61,972 bases of DNA, filler included, from Nitrospinae bacterium RIFCSPLOWO2_12_FULL_45_22 (GCA_001803565.1; 6 parts of 6 records of this genome joined end to end with filler, not necessarily neighbours in it); one strand, 5' to 3'; numbered from the whole stretch's first letter, positions 39,328 to 50,861 are shown. A program made the numbers and translations. Notes: generated by a model from the sequence alone, not told the origin.

Positions 39328-40998
39328 TCAATATCCCCGCTTTTCTGGCCTGTAGCGCGTAAGGGAGACCCCTTGCAATTCTTGACGTATTCCGTCCCGT
39401 GTTTTGTAGGCCAGGATATGTTTCAAGAAATTGGTATCATCCCGCTGAGGATAATCGCTCCGATCATGGGCCCCTCTACTCTCCTTCCGTAGCAAGGCAC
39501 CCCTGGCAATGGTCTCCGCTAGCTCCAATAAATACCCTAGCTCTATAGCTGCCAAAAAATTGCAATTATAAACTTTTCTTCTATCGTGAATATTAATCGC
39601 CTTATACCTTTCCTGTAGTTCCTTTATAGTCTCTAAGGCCGCTTGCATCTCTGGGCCATGGCGAAATACCCCGACCTTCTCGGTCATAGTCTTTCCCAGG
39701 GTCTTTTTCAGCTCATAAAGGTTCTCTTTGCCTTCTCGCCCCCATATCTCCTTTGTAGATGCTATCCTGGTCTTTATCAGGCTTGTTGGTAACGACCTAT
39801 CAGGGGACTGTAAGGCATATTCCCGGGCCTTCAGCCCAGCTCGACGGCCAAAGACAATGGTCTCCATTAAAGAGTTTCCACCCAGGCGATTAGCGCCATG
39901 GATACTCACACATGCGCACTCGCCCGCAGCAAAGAGTCCTGCAATATTAGTCTCTCCCCAGATATTTGTCCTGATGCCACCCATAGAGTAGTGTTGGGCG
40001 GGCTGAACGGGCATGGGCTCCCGGGAAATATCCACCCCGGCAAATCTCTGTGCTAACTCTTTTACCTGGGGTATCTTCTCCTCGATCTTTTTCGGGCCAA
40101 AATGGCTAACATCCAGATGGACATATTCATCCTGAAATCCCCGGCCTTCCTTTATTTCCAGTTGGATGCAGCGGGACACAATGTCTCTAGGCGCCAACTC
40201 CATCTTCCCTGGGACATAGCGTTCCATAAAGCGCTCCCCTTGATTATTAAACAGATACCCCCCTTCGCCTCTGACCGCTTCCGAGACCAGGATATTGGTC
40301 CCGAAAAGGGTAGTAGGATGGAACTGGACACATTCCATATCAGATAGGGGTACGCCTTCCCTCAAGGCCAGAGCCATGCCATCACCAGTATTTATCAGGG
40401 CATTAGTTGTCCGGGCATAGGTACGCCCATAGCCACCAGTAGCCAGGATAACACTCTGCGCCTTTATGACTTCTAGCATTCCCCGGGTAAGGTCGTATGC
40501 GATTATGCCCAGACAAATTCCATCATTAACTAATAAACCAACCACGCTCCATTCGTTATATACCCGTACCGGGCTTTTGAGGAGCTGCTCGTAGAGCAGG
40601 TGAAGGAGCTTATGTCCGGTCAGGTCAGCGGCATAACAGGCCCGAGGGAAGCTAGCGCCGGCCAGCTCCCGCTGGGCCAGCCGTCCTTCAGAGGTACGGG
40701 AGAAATTAACCCCCATATGTTCCAACTGATAGATGTCCTGGGGGGCTTCCTGGCAGAAAATCTCGATCGCTTCTTGATCGCCTAAATAATCGCCTCCCTT
40801 AATAGTATCATAAATGTGGGATTCAATGGAGTCTTCAGGGTTCAGTACTGCATTAATTCCCCCCTGGGCAGCGCCAGAGTGGGAGCGCGTGGGATAAACT
40901 CTGGTTATTATTGCTACATCGGCTTGCCTGGTAGCCTCAACAGCAGCCCGCATGCCCGCTAGCCCCGCACCTATCACGACCACATCATGATAAAGCAT
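39328..40998 (-). CDS. sdhA: Succinate dehydrogenase/fumarate reductase flavoprotein
   Basis: [52 protein letters not shown]. Confidence 0.93.
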   Translation of the reverse strand: MLYHDVVVIGAGLAGMRAAVEATRQADVAIITRVYPTRSHSGAAQGGINAVLNPEDSIESHIYDTIKGGDYLGDQEAIEIFCQEAPQDIYQLEHMGVNFSRTSEGRLAQRELAGASFPRACYAADLTGHKLLHLLYEQLLKSPVRVYNEWSVVGLLVNDGICLGIIAYDLTRGMLEVIKAQSVILATGGYGRTYARTTNALINTGDGMALALREGVPLSDMECVQFHPTTLFGTNILVSEAVRGEGGYLFNNQGERFMERYVPGKMELAPRDIVSRCIQLEIKEGRGFQDEYVHLDVSHFGPKKIEEKIPQVKELAQRFAGVDISREPMPVQPAQHYSMGGIRTNIWGETNIAGLFAAGECACVSIHGANRLGGNSLMETIVFGRRAGLKAREYALQSPDRSLPTSLIKTRIASTKEIWGREGKENLYELKKTLGKTMTEKVGVFRHGPEMQAALETIKELQERYKAINIHDRRKVYNCNFLAAIELGYLLELAETIARGALLRKESRGAHDRSDYPQRDDTNFLKHILAYKTRDGIRQELQGVSLTRYRPEKRGY

Positions 40999-41015
40999 AA
41001 TCCACTCCTATTTAC

Positions 41016-41199
41016 CTTAACATTGTCACATACTACGAAACTATTTGATAATGCTACCTTAAATTGTGGCACAAATATTATTCGTGCTTTTTAATGAACG
41101 GATAAATCCATGCCTACAAAAAAGGAATTTTAAATGTGACAATGTTGAGTTAGATAATATACCTCAATTTCATAATTTTTTAAATGTGACAAAGTCAAG
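41016..41199. mobile_element. MITE(s) of the TTGTCACAT family
   Basis: CTTAACATTGTCACAT with right ends ATGTGACAATGTTGAG (41134-41149) and ATGTGACAAAGTCAAG (41184-41199). Confidence 0.7.
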
Positions 41200-41203
41200 C
41201 TAA

Positions 41204-41323
41204 CAGGGCCACGTCGAAGTCATCTTAGAAGTCGATTGGGTAACTCAAGGCTTTAGCCTTGACAGATCAACCCTGAAGGGTTGAGTTACAGGGGCTGCTC
41301 AGGATCACTTTGACGTTACCGTG
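41204..41323. mobile_element. MITE with 10-bp TSD carrying RAYT-type REPs
   Basis: TIRs CAGGGCCACGTCGAAGTCATCTT / AGGATCACTTTGACGTTACCGTG; GTCAAGCTAA on both sides. Confidence 0.8.
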
Positions 41324-41349
41324 GTCAAGCTAAATTACGGTCTTCTAAT

Positions 41350-41529
41350 TAGTGCCCATCCAGAAATGAAATTGGGGCACTAGGTAGTTTCCAATCCAGA
41401 AATGAAGAATTTTCCGCAAGGTTAAGGAAATCAATGGATTATGCGGAGGCGTACTTTAGTAGGTCGCACAAATAATCCCGCAGATTGAAGCAGATATTGT
41501 GGAAAAGAGCCATTTATGGATGGAAACTA
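41350..41529. mobile_element. MITE
   Basis: TAGTGCCCATCCAGAAATG / CATTTATGGATGGAAACTA, with a second left end inside. Confidence 0.7.
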
Positions 41530-42108
41530 ATTATGACTTTACCGGAAGTCACTATTCTTAAATGCCCAGGCTTATCACGTCGCCCTCCAAAGACCTGAAT
41601 ACTGTGGTGCCGCTCCCAGGAAATGATACCTGTTAGAAAAAGGAGGGAGAAAAAGATGCCAAAACCAGGTGATAAGCCTGTAGTGAGCGTAGCGAATCTA
41701 TCTGTAGAAGAACATGGAAAAAATAGTTGACCTTTTGTAGTATTTTGTTTTAATATTTATACCGGTTTAAAAAGCGATTTCCTATTAACCAACCGATGAC
41801 TCGGATATTACCGTTGCTGTTAGCAGTTTTTTGCACGCAACTCATTCAAGGAGGAAGGCTTAAAGCCGCGTGCAGACCCGGGATAAACCGATATATTCGC
41901 GGTTGAGCTAGATTAGCGATTCTGGACTCTAAAGGTCTAAGGGCAGGTGAGGGAATGAATAAAGGGCACCGAAACCGCTTTGTGAAACGTTCGTAAATGG
42001 CGGTGTCTGGTACCCTTTAAATTAGTTTATACTTAGAGAAAACATATAAAACGAAGATTCTATAAAGAACAAGATAGCACTTCTACTTCCAAGAATCTGC
42101 GGCTGGAG

Positions 42109-45100
42109 GTGATAAGGATGGCAGGCGATAATAGGAAATCTGGAATTGATATTAGAGGCGATGTCCCCGGGGGTACGCACTTCTGCCAGTTCTATGAAAC
42201 ACCTAAAGACTTGACTGACATACTGGTTCCTTACTTCAAGGCTGGTCTGGAGGGTAACGAGTTCTGCATGTGGGTCACTGCCGAGCCGCTGGTGGAAGAG
42301 CACGCCAGAGAAGCGATGAGAAAAGCCATGCCTGATTTTGACCGCTATTTAGAGAAGGGACAGATAGAGATTGTTCCCCACGACCAGTGGTACCTCAAAG
42401 GCGGCGTTTTTGACCTGCAAAAGGTGCTTAACGGCTGGATTGACAAGCTTGACCATGCCCTGAAACAGGGCTACGACGGCCTCAGAGTGACCGGCAATAC
42501 CGCCTGGCTGGAGAAGAACGATTGGAAGAGCTTCACTGAATATGAGGAAAAGCTAAACAGTGTCATCGCTAGTTATCGCATGATAACCATCTGCACTTAT
42601 TCCCTTGACCGCTGCGGTGCTGCAGAAATCATCGATGTGGTCAGCAACCACCAGTTTGCCCTCATCAGACGGCAGGATCAATGGCAACTGATGGAAAGCA
42701 CCGAGCACAATCAGGCGGAGGAAGCACTGCGTAGAACTAAGGAGAACTTCCGCCGTTCCCTGGATGATTCCCCGCTGGGGATTCGTATTGTCACTGCCGA
42801 CGGAGAACTTCTTTATGCCAATAAGGCTATCCTGGATATTTACGGCTATAGCAGCATCGAGGAACTCAAAACCGCACCTGTGAAAGAGCGTTATACTCCT
42901 GAAAGCTACGCCGAACACCAGTTGAGAAAAGAGAAGAGACGGCGGGGCGAGTATGTTCCATCCGATTATGAAATAAGCATTGTGCGCAATAATGGCGAAA
43001 TCCACCACCTTGAGGTCTTCCGCAAGGAAGTGCTGTGGAACGGAGAGACACAGTTTCAGGTGCTCTATCATGACATCACAGAACGCAAGCAGACAGAGCA
43101 GAAATTACGAGAATCAGAAGAGAAATACCGCTCTCTTTTTGAGAACATGCTCAATGGTTTTGCTTACTGTAAGATGCTGGTTGATGAGGAGAATAAGCCA
43201 GTAGATTTTATCTATTTGGACGTCAACGATGCTTTTGAAAAACTAACTGGATTGAGAAAAGAGGATGTTATTGGCAAAAGAGTCACCGAAGCTATACCGA
43301 GCATTAAAGATTTAAACTCTGAAATAATCCCTATCTACGGGGAAGTTGCTTCCACTGGTAAACCCACTGCTTTTGAGGTATTTTTTAAACCCCTGGATAT
43401 ATGGTTGACTATCTTCGTATACAGCCCGCGGAAAGACTATTTTGTGGTTGTCTTTGATAACATCACCGAGCGCAAGCGACTTGAGGGAGAACGCGAAAGG
43501 AAAGAGCGAGAATACCAGACGATTATCCAGACGGCCATGGATGGCTTCTGGCTCGTGGATATGCAGGGGCGGTTATTAGACGTGAATGACGCCTACTGTC
43601 AACTCGTAGGTTACAGCCGCGATGAATTACTAGAGATAAGAATTCTTGACATCGAGGCGATTGAGAAACCCGAAGAAACGGTAGCGCACGTCACCAAGAT
43701 AAGTAAGGTTGGCGGAGACCGCTTTGAAACCCGCCACAGGTGTAAAGATGGCAGAATTGTTGATGTTGAGGTCAGTGGTAACTATCTTGAGATTGGTGGC
43801 GAGAGGATGTTTGTATTTATACACGACATCACCGAGCGCAAGCAGAAAGAAAAAGTGCGTGAATTTACCCGGAGACTGCTGGAGATTTCCAACCTTGGCC
43901 GACAGCTTAGTCCTACCCTCAAGGAATTCGTACGGGTAATACGAGACTATGCTGGCTGTGATGCCGTGGGCATTCGTGTCCTGGACAGTGAAGGTAACAT
44001 TCCTTATCAGGCCTACGAGGGCTTCAGCCGTGAATTCTACGAATCGGAGAGCCCTCTTTCCATAAAGTCGGACCACTGCATGTGCATCAATGTTATCAAG
44101 GGGGACACTGACCCCTGCCTGCCATATTACACCGAAGACGGCTCGTTCTACATGAACGGTACTACGGCCTTTCTAGCTACAGTCTCAGAAGAAGAAAAGG
44201 GTTCCACGAGGAATGTATGTAACGAGCATGGCTATGAATCCGTGGCGCTGGTGCCGATCCGGCTGGGAGATAAAATACTGGGGCTGATTCATATAGCTGA
44301 TAAAAGGACGGATATGGTGCCTCTTGATCTGGTCAACGCGCTGGAAGACGTGGCTCCTCAGATTGGTCTGTCTATCCGGCGGCTGTGGACAGAGCATGAA
44401 CTGGCCGAGGAAAAAGAACGCCTTGATGTGACCATGCGCAGCACCGGAGACGGCATAATCGCCACCGATTTGGCAGGAAAAGTGGTGCTGCTCAGCAGAG
44501 TCGCGGAGGCACTAACCGGGTGGACGCAAAAGGAAGCGCTGGGTCGGTCTATCAGGGAGGTCTTCTATATAATCGATGAAAGAAACCGCCAGCCGATTCC
44601 CGATCCTATCGAAAACGTGGTCAAGACGGGTAGAGTTATCGGTCTGGTTAACCATGCACTGCTGATATCGAGAGACGGCACGGAGAGGGTGATTGCCGAC
44701 AGTGGCGCCCCCATTCATGACGAACTGGGCAGGATGCTCGGCGTGGTGCTGGTCTTCCGCGATATTACCGAATTACGGAGACTGCAGGAGGAGCAGTTAA
44801 AGGTTGCCAAGCTGGAATCAATAGGCATCCTGGCCGGCGGCATTGCCCACGATTTCAATAACTTTCTCACCGCAATTATGGGTAATATCGGACTGGCCAA
44901 GAGGTACGTGGAGCCCCAGGGCAAGGCTTTCGAAAGGCTGGACGAAGCGGAAAAAGCATCGGTAAGAGCCAAGGATTTAACCCAGCAACTATTGACCTTC
45001 TCCAAAGGCGGGGCACCGATTAAAAAAACTGGTGCCATCTCCAAACTGATCAAGGAAACAGCCGTCTTCGCCCTGAGTGGTTCGAATGTGAAGCTTGAGT

Positions 45101-45924
45101 TATCCCTGCCGGAAGACCTGTGGGCGGTAGAGGTTGACGAGGGGCAGATGAGCCAGGTCCTCCAGAATATAGTTATCAATGCCGATGAAGCCATGCCCGT
45201 CGGAGGAACACTGAATATCAGGGCCAGGAACACGGCAATCCAGAGAATGGGAGCCCTGCCACTGCCCAAAGACAACTACGTGCAGATAGACCTAAAAGAT
45301 GAAGGGATTGGCATGTCCAAAGCGCAGCTCGAAAGGCTGTTCGAGCCATATTATACCACCAAACAGAAAGGCAGCGGCCTGGGCTTAGCCACAGCCTATT
45401 CTATTATCAACAATCACGGTGGCTATATCACTGCCGAGTCCACTCAGAACGTGGGCACAACCTTCCATATCTATCTTCCAGCTTCCCGCAAACCGGCACC
45501 GGTACAAAAGAAACCGGCGCAAGAAAAACCTATACGCGGTAAAGGCAGGATTCTGGTGATGGATGATGAAGAGATTATCCGGTTGCTTCTCAGCGGGATA
45601 CTGACCGGTGCTGGATATGAGGTCGATCTCACCAAAGATGGTGCCGAAGCAGTTGAACTGTACCGGAAAGTCAGGGAGTCGGGACAGCCGTTTGATGCCG
45701 TTATTCTGGACCTGACCGTGCCCGGGGGGATGGGAGGTGCGGAAACCGTTAAAAAGCTGCTCGAAATAGACCCCGAAGCTAAGGTGATTGTTTCCAGCGG
45801 TTATGCCACCGACCCCATCATGTCTGAATACAAGAAATATGGCTTCAGCGCTGTTGTCGCCAAGCCATATAACGTTGGCCAGATGGAAAAGACGTTGCAT
45901 GACGTTTTGGCAGGTAAGAAATAG
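42109..45924 (+). CDS. Hybrid sensor kinase MEDS-PAS(x3)-GAF-PAS-HisKA-HATPase-REC
   Basis: GTHFCQFYE (MEDS), repeated DITERK, HDFNNFLT, GSGLGL, ILVMDDE receiver. Confidence 0.92.
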   Translation: MIRMAGDNRKSGIDIRGDVPGGTHFCQFYETPKDLTDILVPYFKAGLEGNEFCMWVTAEPLVEEHAREAMRKAMPDFDRYLEKGQIEIVPHDQWYLKGGVFDLQKVLNGWIDKLDHALKQGYDGLRVTGNTAWLEKNDWKSFTEYEEKLNSVIASYRMITICTYSLDRCGAAEIIDVVSNHQFALIRRQDQWQLMESTEHNQAEEALRRTKENFRRSLDDSPLGIRIVTADGELLYANKAILDIYGYSSIEELKTAPVKERYTPESYAEHQLRKEKRRRGEYVPSDYEISIVRNNGEIHHLEVFRKEVLWNGETQFQVLYHDITERKQTEQKLRESEEKYRSLFENMLNGFAYCKMLVDEENKPVDFIYLDVNDAFEKLTGLRKEDVIGKRVTEAIPSIKDLNSEIIPIYGEVASTGKPTAFEVFFKPLDIWLTIFVYSPRKDYFVVVFDNITERKRLEGERERKEREYQTIIQTAMDGFWLVDMQGRLLDVNDAYCQLVGYSRDELLEIRILDIEAIEKPEETVAHVTKISKVGGDRFETRHRCKDGRIVDVEVSGNYLEIGGERMFVFIHDITERKQKEKVREFTRRLLEISNLGRQLSPTLKEFVRVIRDYAGCDAVGIRVLDSEGNIPYQAYEGFSREFYESESPLSIKSDHCMCINVIKGDTDPCLPYYTEDGSFYMNGTTAFLATVSEEEKGSTRNVCNEHGYESVALVPIRLGDKILGLIHIADKRTDMVPLDLVNALEDVAPQIGLSIRRLWTEHELAEEKERLDVTMRSTGDGIIATDLAGKVVLLSRVAEALTGWTQKEALGRSIREVFYIIDERNRQPIPDPIENVVKTGRVIGLVNHALLISRDGTERVIADSGAPIHDELGRMLGVVLVFRDITELRRLQEEQLKVAKLESIGILAGGIAHDFNNFLTAIMGNIGLAKRYVEPQGKAFERLDEAEKASVRAKDLTQQLLTFSKGGAPIKKTGAISKLIKETAVFALSGSNVKLELSLPEDLWAVEVDEGQMSQVLQNIVINADEAMPVGGTLNIRARNTAIQRMGALPLPKDNYVQIDLKDEGIGMSKAQLERLFEPYYTTKQKGSGLGLATAYSIINNHGGYITAESTQNVGTTFHIYLPASRKPAPVQKKPAQEKPIRGKGRILVMDDEEIIRLLLSGILTGAGYEVDLTKDGAEAVELYRKVRESGQPFDAVILDLTVPGGMGGAETVKKLLEIDPEAKVIVSSGYATDPIMSEYKKYGFSAVVAKPYNVGQMEKTLHDVLAGKK

Positions 45925-45950
45925 GCGAGGGGATCAGAAGGAAATCAGAG

Positions 45951-46489
45951 ATGAAAAGGGAAACGCTAGCGAAAAAGGAGCCGGACCTGGCTCTCTTAGA
46001 TATCAGGATGCCAGGACTCGATGGCTATCAGGTTCTCGAACGTATTCGGGAGAATTCTAATGTGCCAGTTCAATGCTACATTTGTTATAAACAGTATATG
46101 AAGGATATTTATTTGAATCCTCTTGAGGAGATATTCCGTGCGAGCCTATTCAAGATGCTTAAAGATGAGAGGAATGGCGTGAGTATATCAAAAAGATCTA
46201 TAAGGCTTCGCCCCTTCCTTTCACTCAGGGCAAGCTCTTGAGGGCCTGCCCTGAGCTTGCCGAAGGGGCTCGATCCCGAAGGGTTGACCCCTTATGTTGT
46301 CCCCGTTGCGGCGGAGAAATGAAAATCATCAGTTTCATTACAGACCCTCTGGTTATACAGCAGATTCTTGAACACCTCGGCCTCTGGGCAAAGAAACCTT
46401 CAAGAGACCCACCTAATCAAGAATCCTTTAGTGAACTAGTCTATGAGACTTATATGTCCGGGACCGTTAGCAATAATAACGGCATCTAA
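45951..46489 (+). pseudogene. Receiver-domain fragment + IS91-family transposase remnants
   Basis: PDLALLDIRMPGLDGYQV; LEEIFRASLFKMLKDE, WREYIKKIY, VDPLCCPRCGGEMKIISFI...ILEHLGLW, interrupted by a CTCAGGGCA/TGCCCTGAG palindrome. Confidence 0.7.
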
Positions 46490-46558
46490 CAACGGACACA
46501 CGCTTACATTCTTTTGCGTCCTTTGCGCCTCTGCGGTAAAAGAGCTGGCAAGGCCACC

Positions 46559-47551
46559 TCAGCCGCTAAGTTTTTCTTTAAATTCCTTGGTGAGTACAGG
46601 AACAACCTTAAATAGATCACCCACAATGCTATAGTTCGCTATATTAAAGATCGGGGCTTCTGTATCTTTATTGATAGCCACAATGACCTTGGAAGTCCTC
46701 ATCCCTGCCAGGTGCTGGATGGCACCAGAGATACCACAGGCAATATACAATTTAGGTGAGACAACCCGGCCGGTTTGCCCTACCTGGAAGCGCTGGTCTC
46801 GCCAGCCAGAATCTACCGCCGCCCTGGATGCCCCTACCGCTGCCTTCAGGAGGACAGCCAGCTCTTCTAATATGGCAAAATTTTCTGCGCCTTTCATCCC
46901 CCGGCCACCAGAGATAATTGTATCCGCTTCAGTAAGGTCCACCATGCCCGAGACATCTTTAACTATCTCTTTTATTTGTACCCCAATGGCCATATCTGCT
47001 ACCTGTGGAGTAATGTTTATAACTTCAGCTTTATGGGCTTCATCTGGGGCATTCAAGGGCATGACATTGGGCCGGATAGTGGCCATCTGGGGCCGTGCTT
47101 CCGGACATACCACATCTACATAGGCCTTGCCCGCATATACCGGGCGATTTATTTGCAACAGCCCCTGGTCGTTAATACAGAGAGTGGTACAATCCCCCGC
47201 TAAGCCAGTCTTTACCCGGGCAGCTACCCGAGGGGCCAGGTCCCGACCATTTATATTAGCCCCTAAGAGAAAGATAGAGGGCTGATTTTGTGAGATAAGG
47301 TCTGCTATAACTTTAGAATAAGGCTCAACACGGTAGTCCTTGAGGATATCATGTTCGGCCAGATAGACTTTATCCGCTCCATAATAGCCCAGGGTTTGGG
47401 CCAATCCAGCAACACCACTGCCTAGAAGCACAGCCGCAACTTCTTCCCCTGCCTTATCAGCTAGTCTCCTGGCTTCACTCAAGATCTCTAAGCTTACTTT
47501 CCTCAGCTTCCCTTCCGCATGATCAGCATAGATCCAGATACCTTTAGCCAT
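46559..47551 (-). CDS. etfA: Electron transfer flavoprotein alpha
   Basis: SGGRG, GASRAAVD, QVGQTG, GISGAIQH. Confidence 0.96.
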   Translation of the reverse strand: MAKGIWIYADHAEGKLRKVSLEILSEARRLADKAGEEVAAVLLGSGVAGLAQTLGYYGADKVYLAEHDILKDYRVEPYSKVIADLISQNQPSIFLLGANINGRDLAPRVAARVKTGLAGDCTTLCINDQGLLQINRPVYAGKAYVDVVCPEARPQMATIRPNVMPLNAPDEAHKAEVINITPQVADMAIGVQIKEIVKDVSGMVDLTEADTIISGGRGMKGAENFAILEELAVLLKAAVGASRAAVDSGWRDQRFQVGQTGRVVSPKLYIACGISGAIQHLAGMRTSKVIVAINKDTEAPIFNIANYSIVGDLFKVVPVLTKEFKEKLSG

Positions 47552-47610
47552 TTTCCCGATCCTCTCCTTATTAAGTTTTCAGCTATCAGAAGTCAGCCTT
47601 CAGTTTATTT

Positions 47611-47678
47611 CGTGAGAGCGTAAGGGGGTAAGGCGTTAGGGGAAAATCTCCTTACGCCTCACGCCTTACTCCTTACGG
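47611..47678. repeat. Heptamer-based palindrome
   Basis: CGTAAGG/GGTAAGG/CGTTAGG arms vs CCTTACG/CCTCACG; relative at about 12289-12340. Confidence 0.6.
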
Positions 47679-47702
47679 AAAATGCTGACCGCTGGCTACT
47701 AA

Positions 47703-48497
47703 CTATATAACTTTATCCTGTTCCATCAAGGACTTGACCAATTCCTTAGAAATCTCCTCTGGCTCCCCTTCCATTTTGCGCCCCCCTTGCCTGGTGGGAG
47801 GGAGGGATAGCTTAACCATCCTGGCAAGAGAGCCGGCCTCACCAAAACTGCCCGGGGCTTCTCCCAGATCAGCCGGGGTAAAGAACTTGATCTCTTTCTT
47901 TTTTGCCCCCATGATCCCCTTAAGGGAAGGGTAGCGGGCTTCATTGAGTCCCTTTTGGCAAGTGAATAGGGCCGGTAATTTTACCTCTACCACCTCGGTA
48001 GCGCCTTCTACCTGGCGATGGGCAATAGCGGTTTTTTTATCCGTGGAGATCTCTAATTTGATTATTAGGGGTACGCCAGGTATTCCCAGCAGCTCTGCTA
48101 TTTGCGCTCCAACCTGACAACCATCTCCATCAACGGCCTGCTTACCGCAGAGTATTAAATCAAAACCGGTCTTTTCAATGGCCTTAGCCAGGGCTTTAGC
48201 CGTGGCATAGGTGTCGGACTTTTCGAAAGCAGGGTCACAGAGATGGACTGCCCGGTCAACTCCCATGGCCAGACATTTCCTGATAGCCTCAGTAGCCCGG
48301 GTTGGCCCCATACAAACCGCTATGACCTCGCCCTCGCCAAACTTCTCTTTAATCCGTAAGCATTCTTCCACCGCATACTCATCATAAGGATTCACAATAA
48401 ATTCTACCCCATCTTTAATAATCTCAGTACCTGCTGGGTTGATCTTGATCTGGGTAGCAGTATCAGGAACTTCCTTTATACAGGCTATAAGCTTCAT
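47703..48497 (-). CDS. etfB: Electron transfer flavoprotein beta
   Basis: CIKEVPD, NPYDEYAVE, GKQAVDG, RYPSL. Confidence 0.96.
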   Translation of the reverse strand: MKLIACIKEVPDTATQIKINPAGTEIIKDGVEFIVNPYDEYAVEECLRIKEKFGEGEVIAVCMGPTRATEAIRKCLAMGVDRAVHLCDPAFEKSDTYATAKALAKAIEKTGFDLILCGKQAVDGDGCQVGAQIAELLGIPGVPLIIKLEISTDKKTAIAHRQVEGATEVVEVKLPALFTCQKGLNEARYPSLKGIMGAKKKEIKFFTPADLGEAPGSFGEAGSLARMVKLSLPPTRQGGRKMEGEPEEISKELVKSLMEQDKVI

Positions 48498-48511
48498 CAG
48501 TCCACACCTCC

Positions 48512-50536
48512 TCAAAGGGCATTGTTTAAAAGCTCTGCTAAATCCATAGTCTTAACCGCCTCTTCCATATCTTTAGCCTTCAGACCATCTTCGAGCATAG
48601 TCAAGCAATAGGGGCAAGCGGTACCGATAGTATTGGGGTTGACTTTCAGGGCTTCTTCGGTACGCATCACATTAATCCTCTTGCCCAGGTGTTCTTCCAT
48701 CCACATCCTACCTCCCCCGGCACCACAACAGATGCTCCTGGCCTTATTCCTTTCCATCTCTACTAACTTAACACCGGGGATAGCGCTCAGTATCCTTCTC
48801 TGGGCATCGTAGATATCATTATATCGGCCTAGATAACAGGAGTCATGATAGGTGATAGTCATATCAAAACTCCGGGCTGGTTTGAGCATACCTTTATCCA
48901 GGAGATCAATCAAGAATTCGCTATGGTGGACAACCTGGAAGTTACCACCAAACTGGGGATATTCATTCTTTAAGGTATTGTAGCAATGGGGACAGGCCGT
49001 CAGGATCTTTTTAAATTTATAATTTTTCAAGACCTCGATATTTTCCTGGGCCAACGTTTGAAACAGATACTCATTCCCTATGCGCCTGGCGGCATCTCCA
49101 CAGCACTTCTCTTCTATCCCCAGGATAGCAAAATCTATCCCCAACGACTTTAAAATATTAACCAAAGATAAGGTTACTTTTTTATTCCGGTCATCATAAG
49201 AACCAGCACAGCCTACATAATATAGGATATCTGCCTCGCCTACTTCAGGCATTAGTTTTATATTCAGCCCTTCAGCCCAATCAGCCCGATTAGTATAACC
49301 CAAACCCCACGGATTACTCTGGTTTTCCATATTTTTGAAGGTAGCGGTTAACTCAGCCGGGAACCTGCTCTCCATTAATACCAGGTAACGCCGCATATCT
49401 ACAATACGTTGCACATACTCAATGAACACCGGGCATTGTTCTTCGCAATTCCTGCAAGTAGTGCAAGCCCAGAGCTCATCATCCCCAACTACCGCACCTA
49501 CCATAGCTGCCCCATTCCATTCCTGGCCATTACCGCTATCCGTGACAGCCGTATTGCTATTCTTACTGAGCAAGAAAGGAGCTTTATCTAATAAATGGTG
49601 CCTCAGGTTAACGGTCATCATCTTGGGATGTAAAGGCTTATCGCTACGGTAAGCCGGACAATTATCTGAACAACGGCCACATTCGGTACAGGTATAAAAA
49701 TCGAAACACTGTTTCCAGGTAAACTCCTCGACCTTACAGACACCGAAAGTTTCCGCTGACTCGTCTTCCAGATTTAGTTTGGTGAGGGCGCCGCGGGGGC
49801 CCAAATACCTAAGGAATACATTAGGGATAGCAGTAATAACATGGAAATGCTTGGACAGGGGCAGATAGATCAGAAAACTTAAGAGGAACAAGACATGGCC
49901 CCACCAGCCCACCTGGTATAGAGTGCGGAAGCCAGCCTCTGTAGCCCCTGATCCTGCTATTATCTGAGAGATAGTCAGGGCAGCGGGGGTCCATAAGCCG
50001 GAGCTTTCTGTACCCAGGCCAATCCGGCCAGCTACAATAGACAGATCAGTTACCATCAGAAAAAAGATAAAGAGCAAGCATAGGGCAGCATCCAGAGAGG
50101 GCTCCAGGCGGGCAGGCCGGACAATCCAGCGGCGATAAGCAGCCAGTACTATAGCAATAATTACCAATAAGGCAAAGCTATCTTTGACCAAAAGATAAAT
50201 ATTTCCCAGGGGGCTATCCATAAAGGGCAGTGAAAAACCTGGATACCACCCCTCTCCGATTATGGTAATAGTGCCTAACGAGAAGGCTATAAACCCATAA
50301 AAGATCAGCAGGTGAATCACCCCAGGGAAGGGTTCATTAAGTAGCCTCCGCTGGCCAAAGACAAATACCAGGATGGATTTTATTCTCTCGCCGATCTGAC
50401 TTAAACGGTCTTCTTTCTGGGTAAAAAGCAAGAGCCTTATCCGGGTATAGATCAGGTAACTAAATACACCCAGACCACCCAAGAATATCAGGTAGAATAT
50501 GATATTACCGGGAAAATGCGCTGTCGGAACCATCAT
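48512..50536 (-). CDS. Membrane FeS oxidoreductase (FadF / ETF:menaquinone oxidoreductase type)
   Basis: TM domain with SKHFH, CTECGRC, CTTCRNCEEQCP, two CCG domains; adjacent to etfBA. Confidence 0.88.
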   Translation of the reverse strand: MMVPTAHFPGNIIFYLIFLGGLGVFSYLIYTRIRLLLFTQKEDRLSQIGERIKSILVFVFGQRRLLNEPFPGVIHLLIFYGFIAFSLGTITIIGEGWYPGFSLPFMDSPLGNIYLLVKDSFALLVIIAIVLAAYRRWIVRPARLEPSLDAALCLLFIFFLMVTDLSIVAGRIGLGTESSGLWTPAALTISQIIAGSGATEAGFRTLYQVGWWGHVLFLLSFLIYLPLSKHFHVITAIPNVFLRYLGPRGALTKLNLEDESAETFGVCKVEEFTWKQCFDFYTCTECGRCSDNCPAYRSDKPLHPKMMTVNLRHHLLDKAPFLLSKNSNTAVTDSGNGQEWNGAAMVGAVVGDDELWACTTCRNCEEQCPVFIEYVQRIVDMRRYLVLMESRFPAELTATFKNMENQSNPWGLGYTNRADWAEGLNIKLMPEVGEADILYYVGCAGSYDDRNKKVTLSLVNILKSLGIDFAILGIEEKCCGDAARRIGNEYLFQTLAQENIEVLKNYKFKKILTACPHCYNTLKNEYPQFGGNFQVVHHSEFLIDLLDKGMLKPARSFDMTITYHDSCYLGRYNDIYDAQRRILSAIPGVKLVEMERNKARSICCGAGGGRMWMEEHLGKRINVMRTEEALKVNPNTIGTACPYCLTMLEDGLKAKDMEEAVKTMDLAELLNNAL

Positions 50537-50861
50537 CTCTCTCCTTCTTCAAGACCAGCTAACCTTTTTAAGGTGAAGATAAATTAAATTATCATTCTAA
50601 CCCAGGGCATGTCAAGAGCAAATTTAGGCGTACTTATAACATTTTTCTTGACAGTTTAGCCACCAACTAAAGTCTTCTAAAATATAGCCGCAAAGGAGCG
50701 TAAAAAGCGCAAAGAAGGATACAGTGAGGAGTGAGCCGTGAGCCGTAATCAGTAAACCGCTCCTCACTGCATTACCCGTAAAGACCCTCAATGCGAGGTA
50801 TGCAGCTATAAACGACGCTAACCAAAAGGCCTCTACTTTTAGAGGTCATGCTGGATTCAAG

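Noticed and set aside
41067-41081. sigma54 promoter TGGCAC near sdhA
   Set aside because: No -12 TTGC, wrong orientation for sdhA, and it lies inside a MITE
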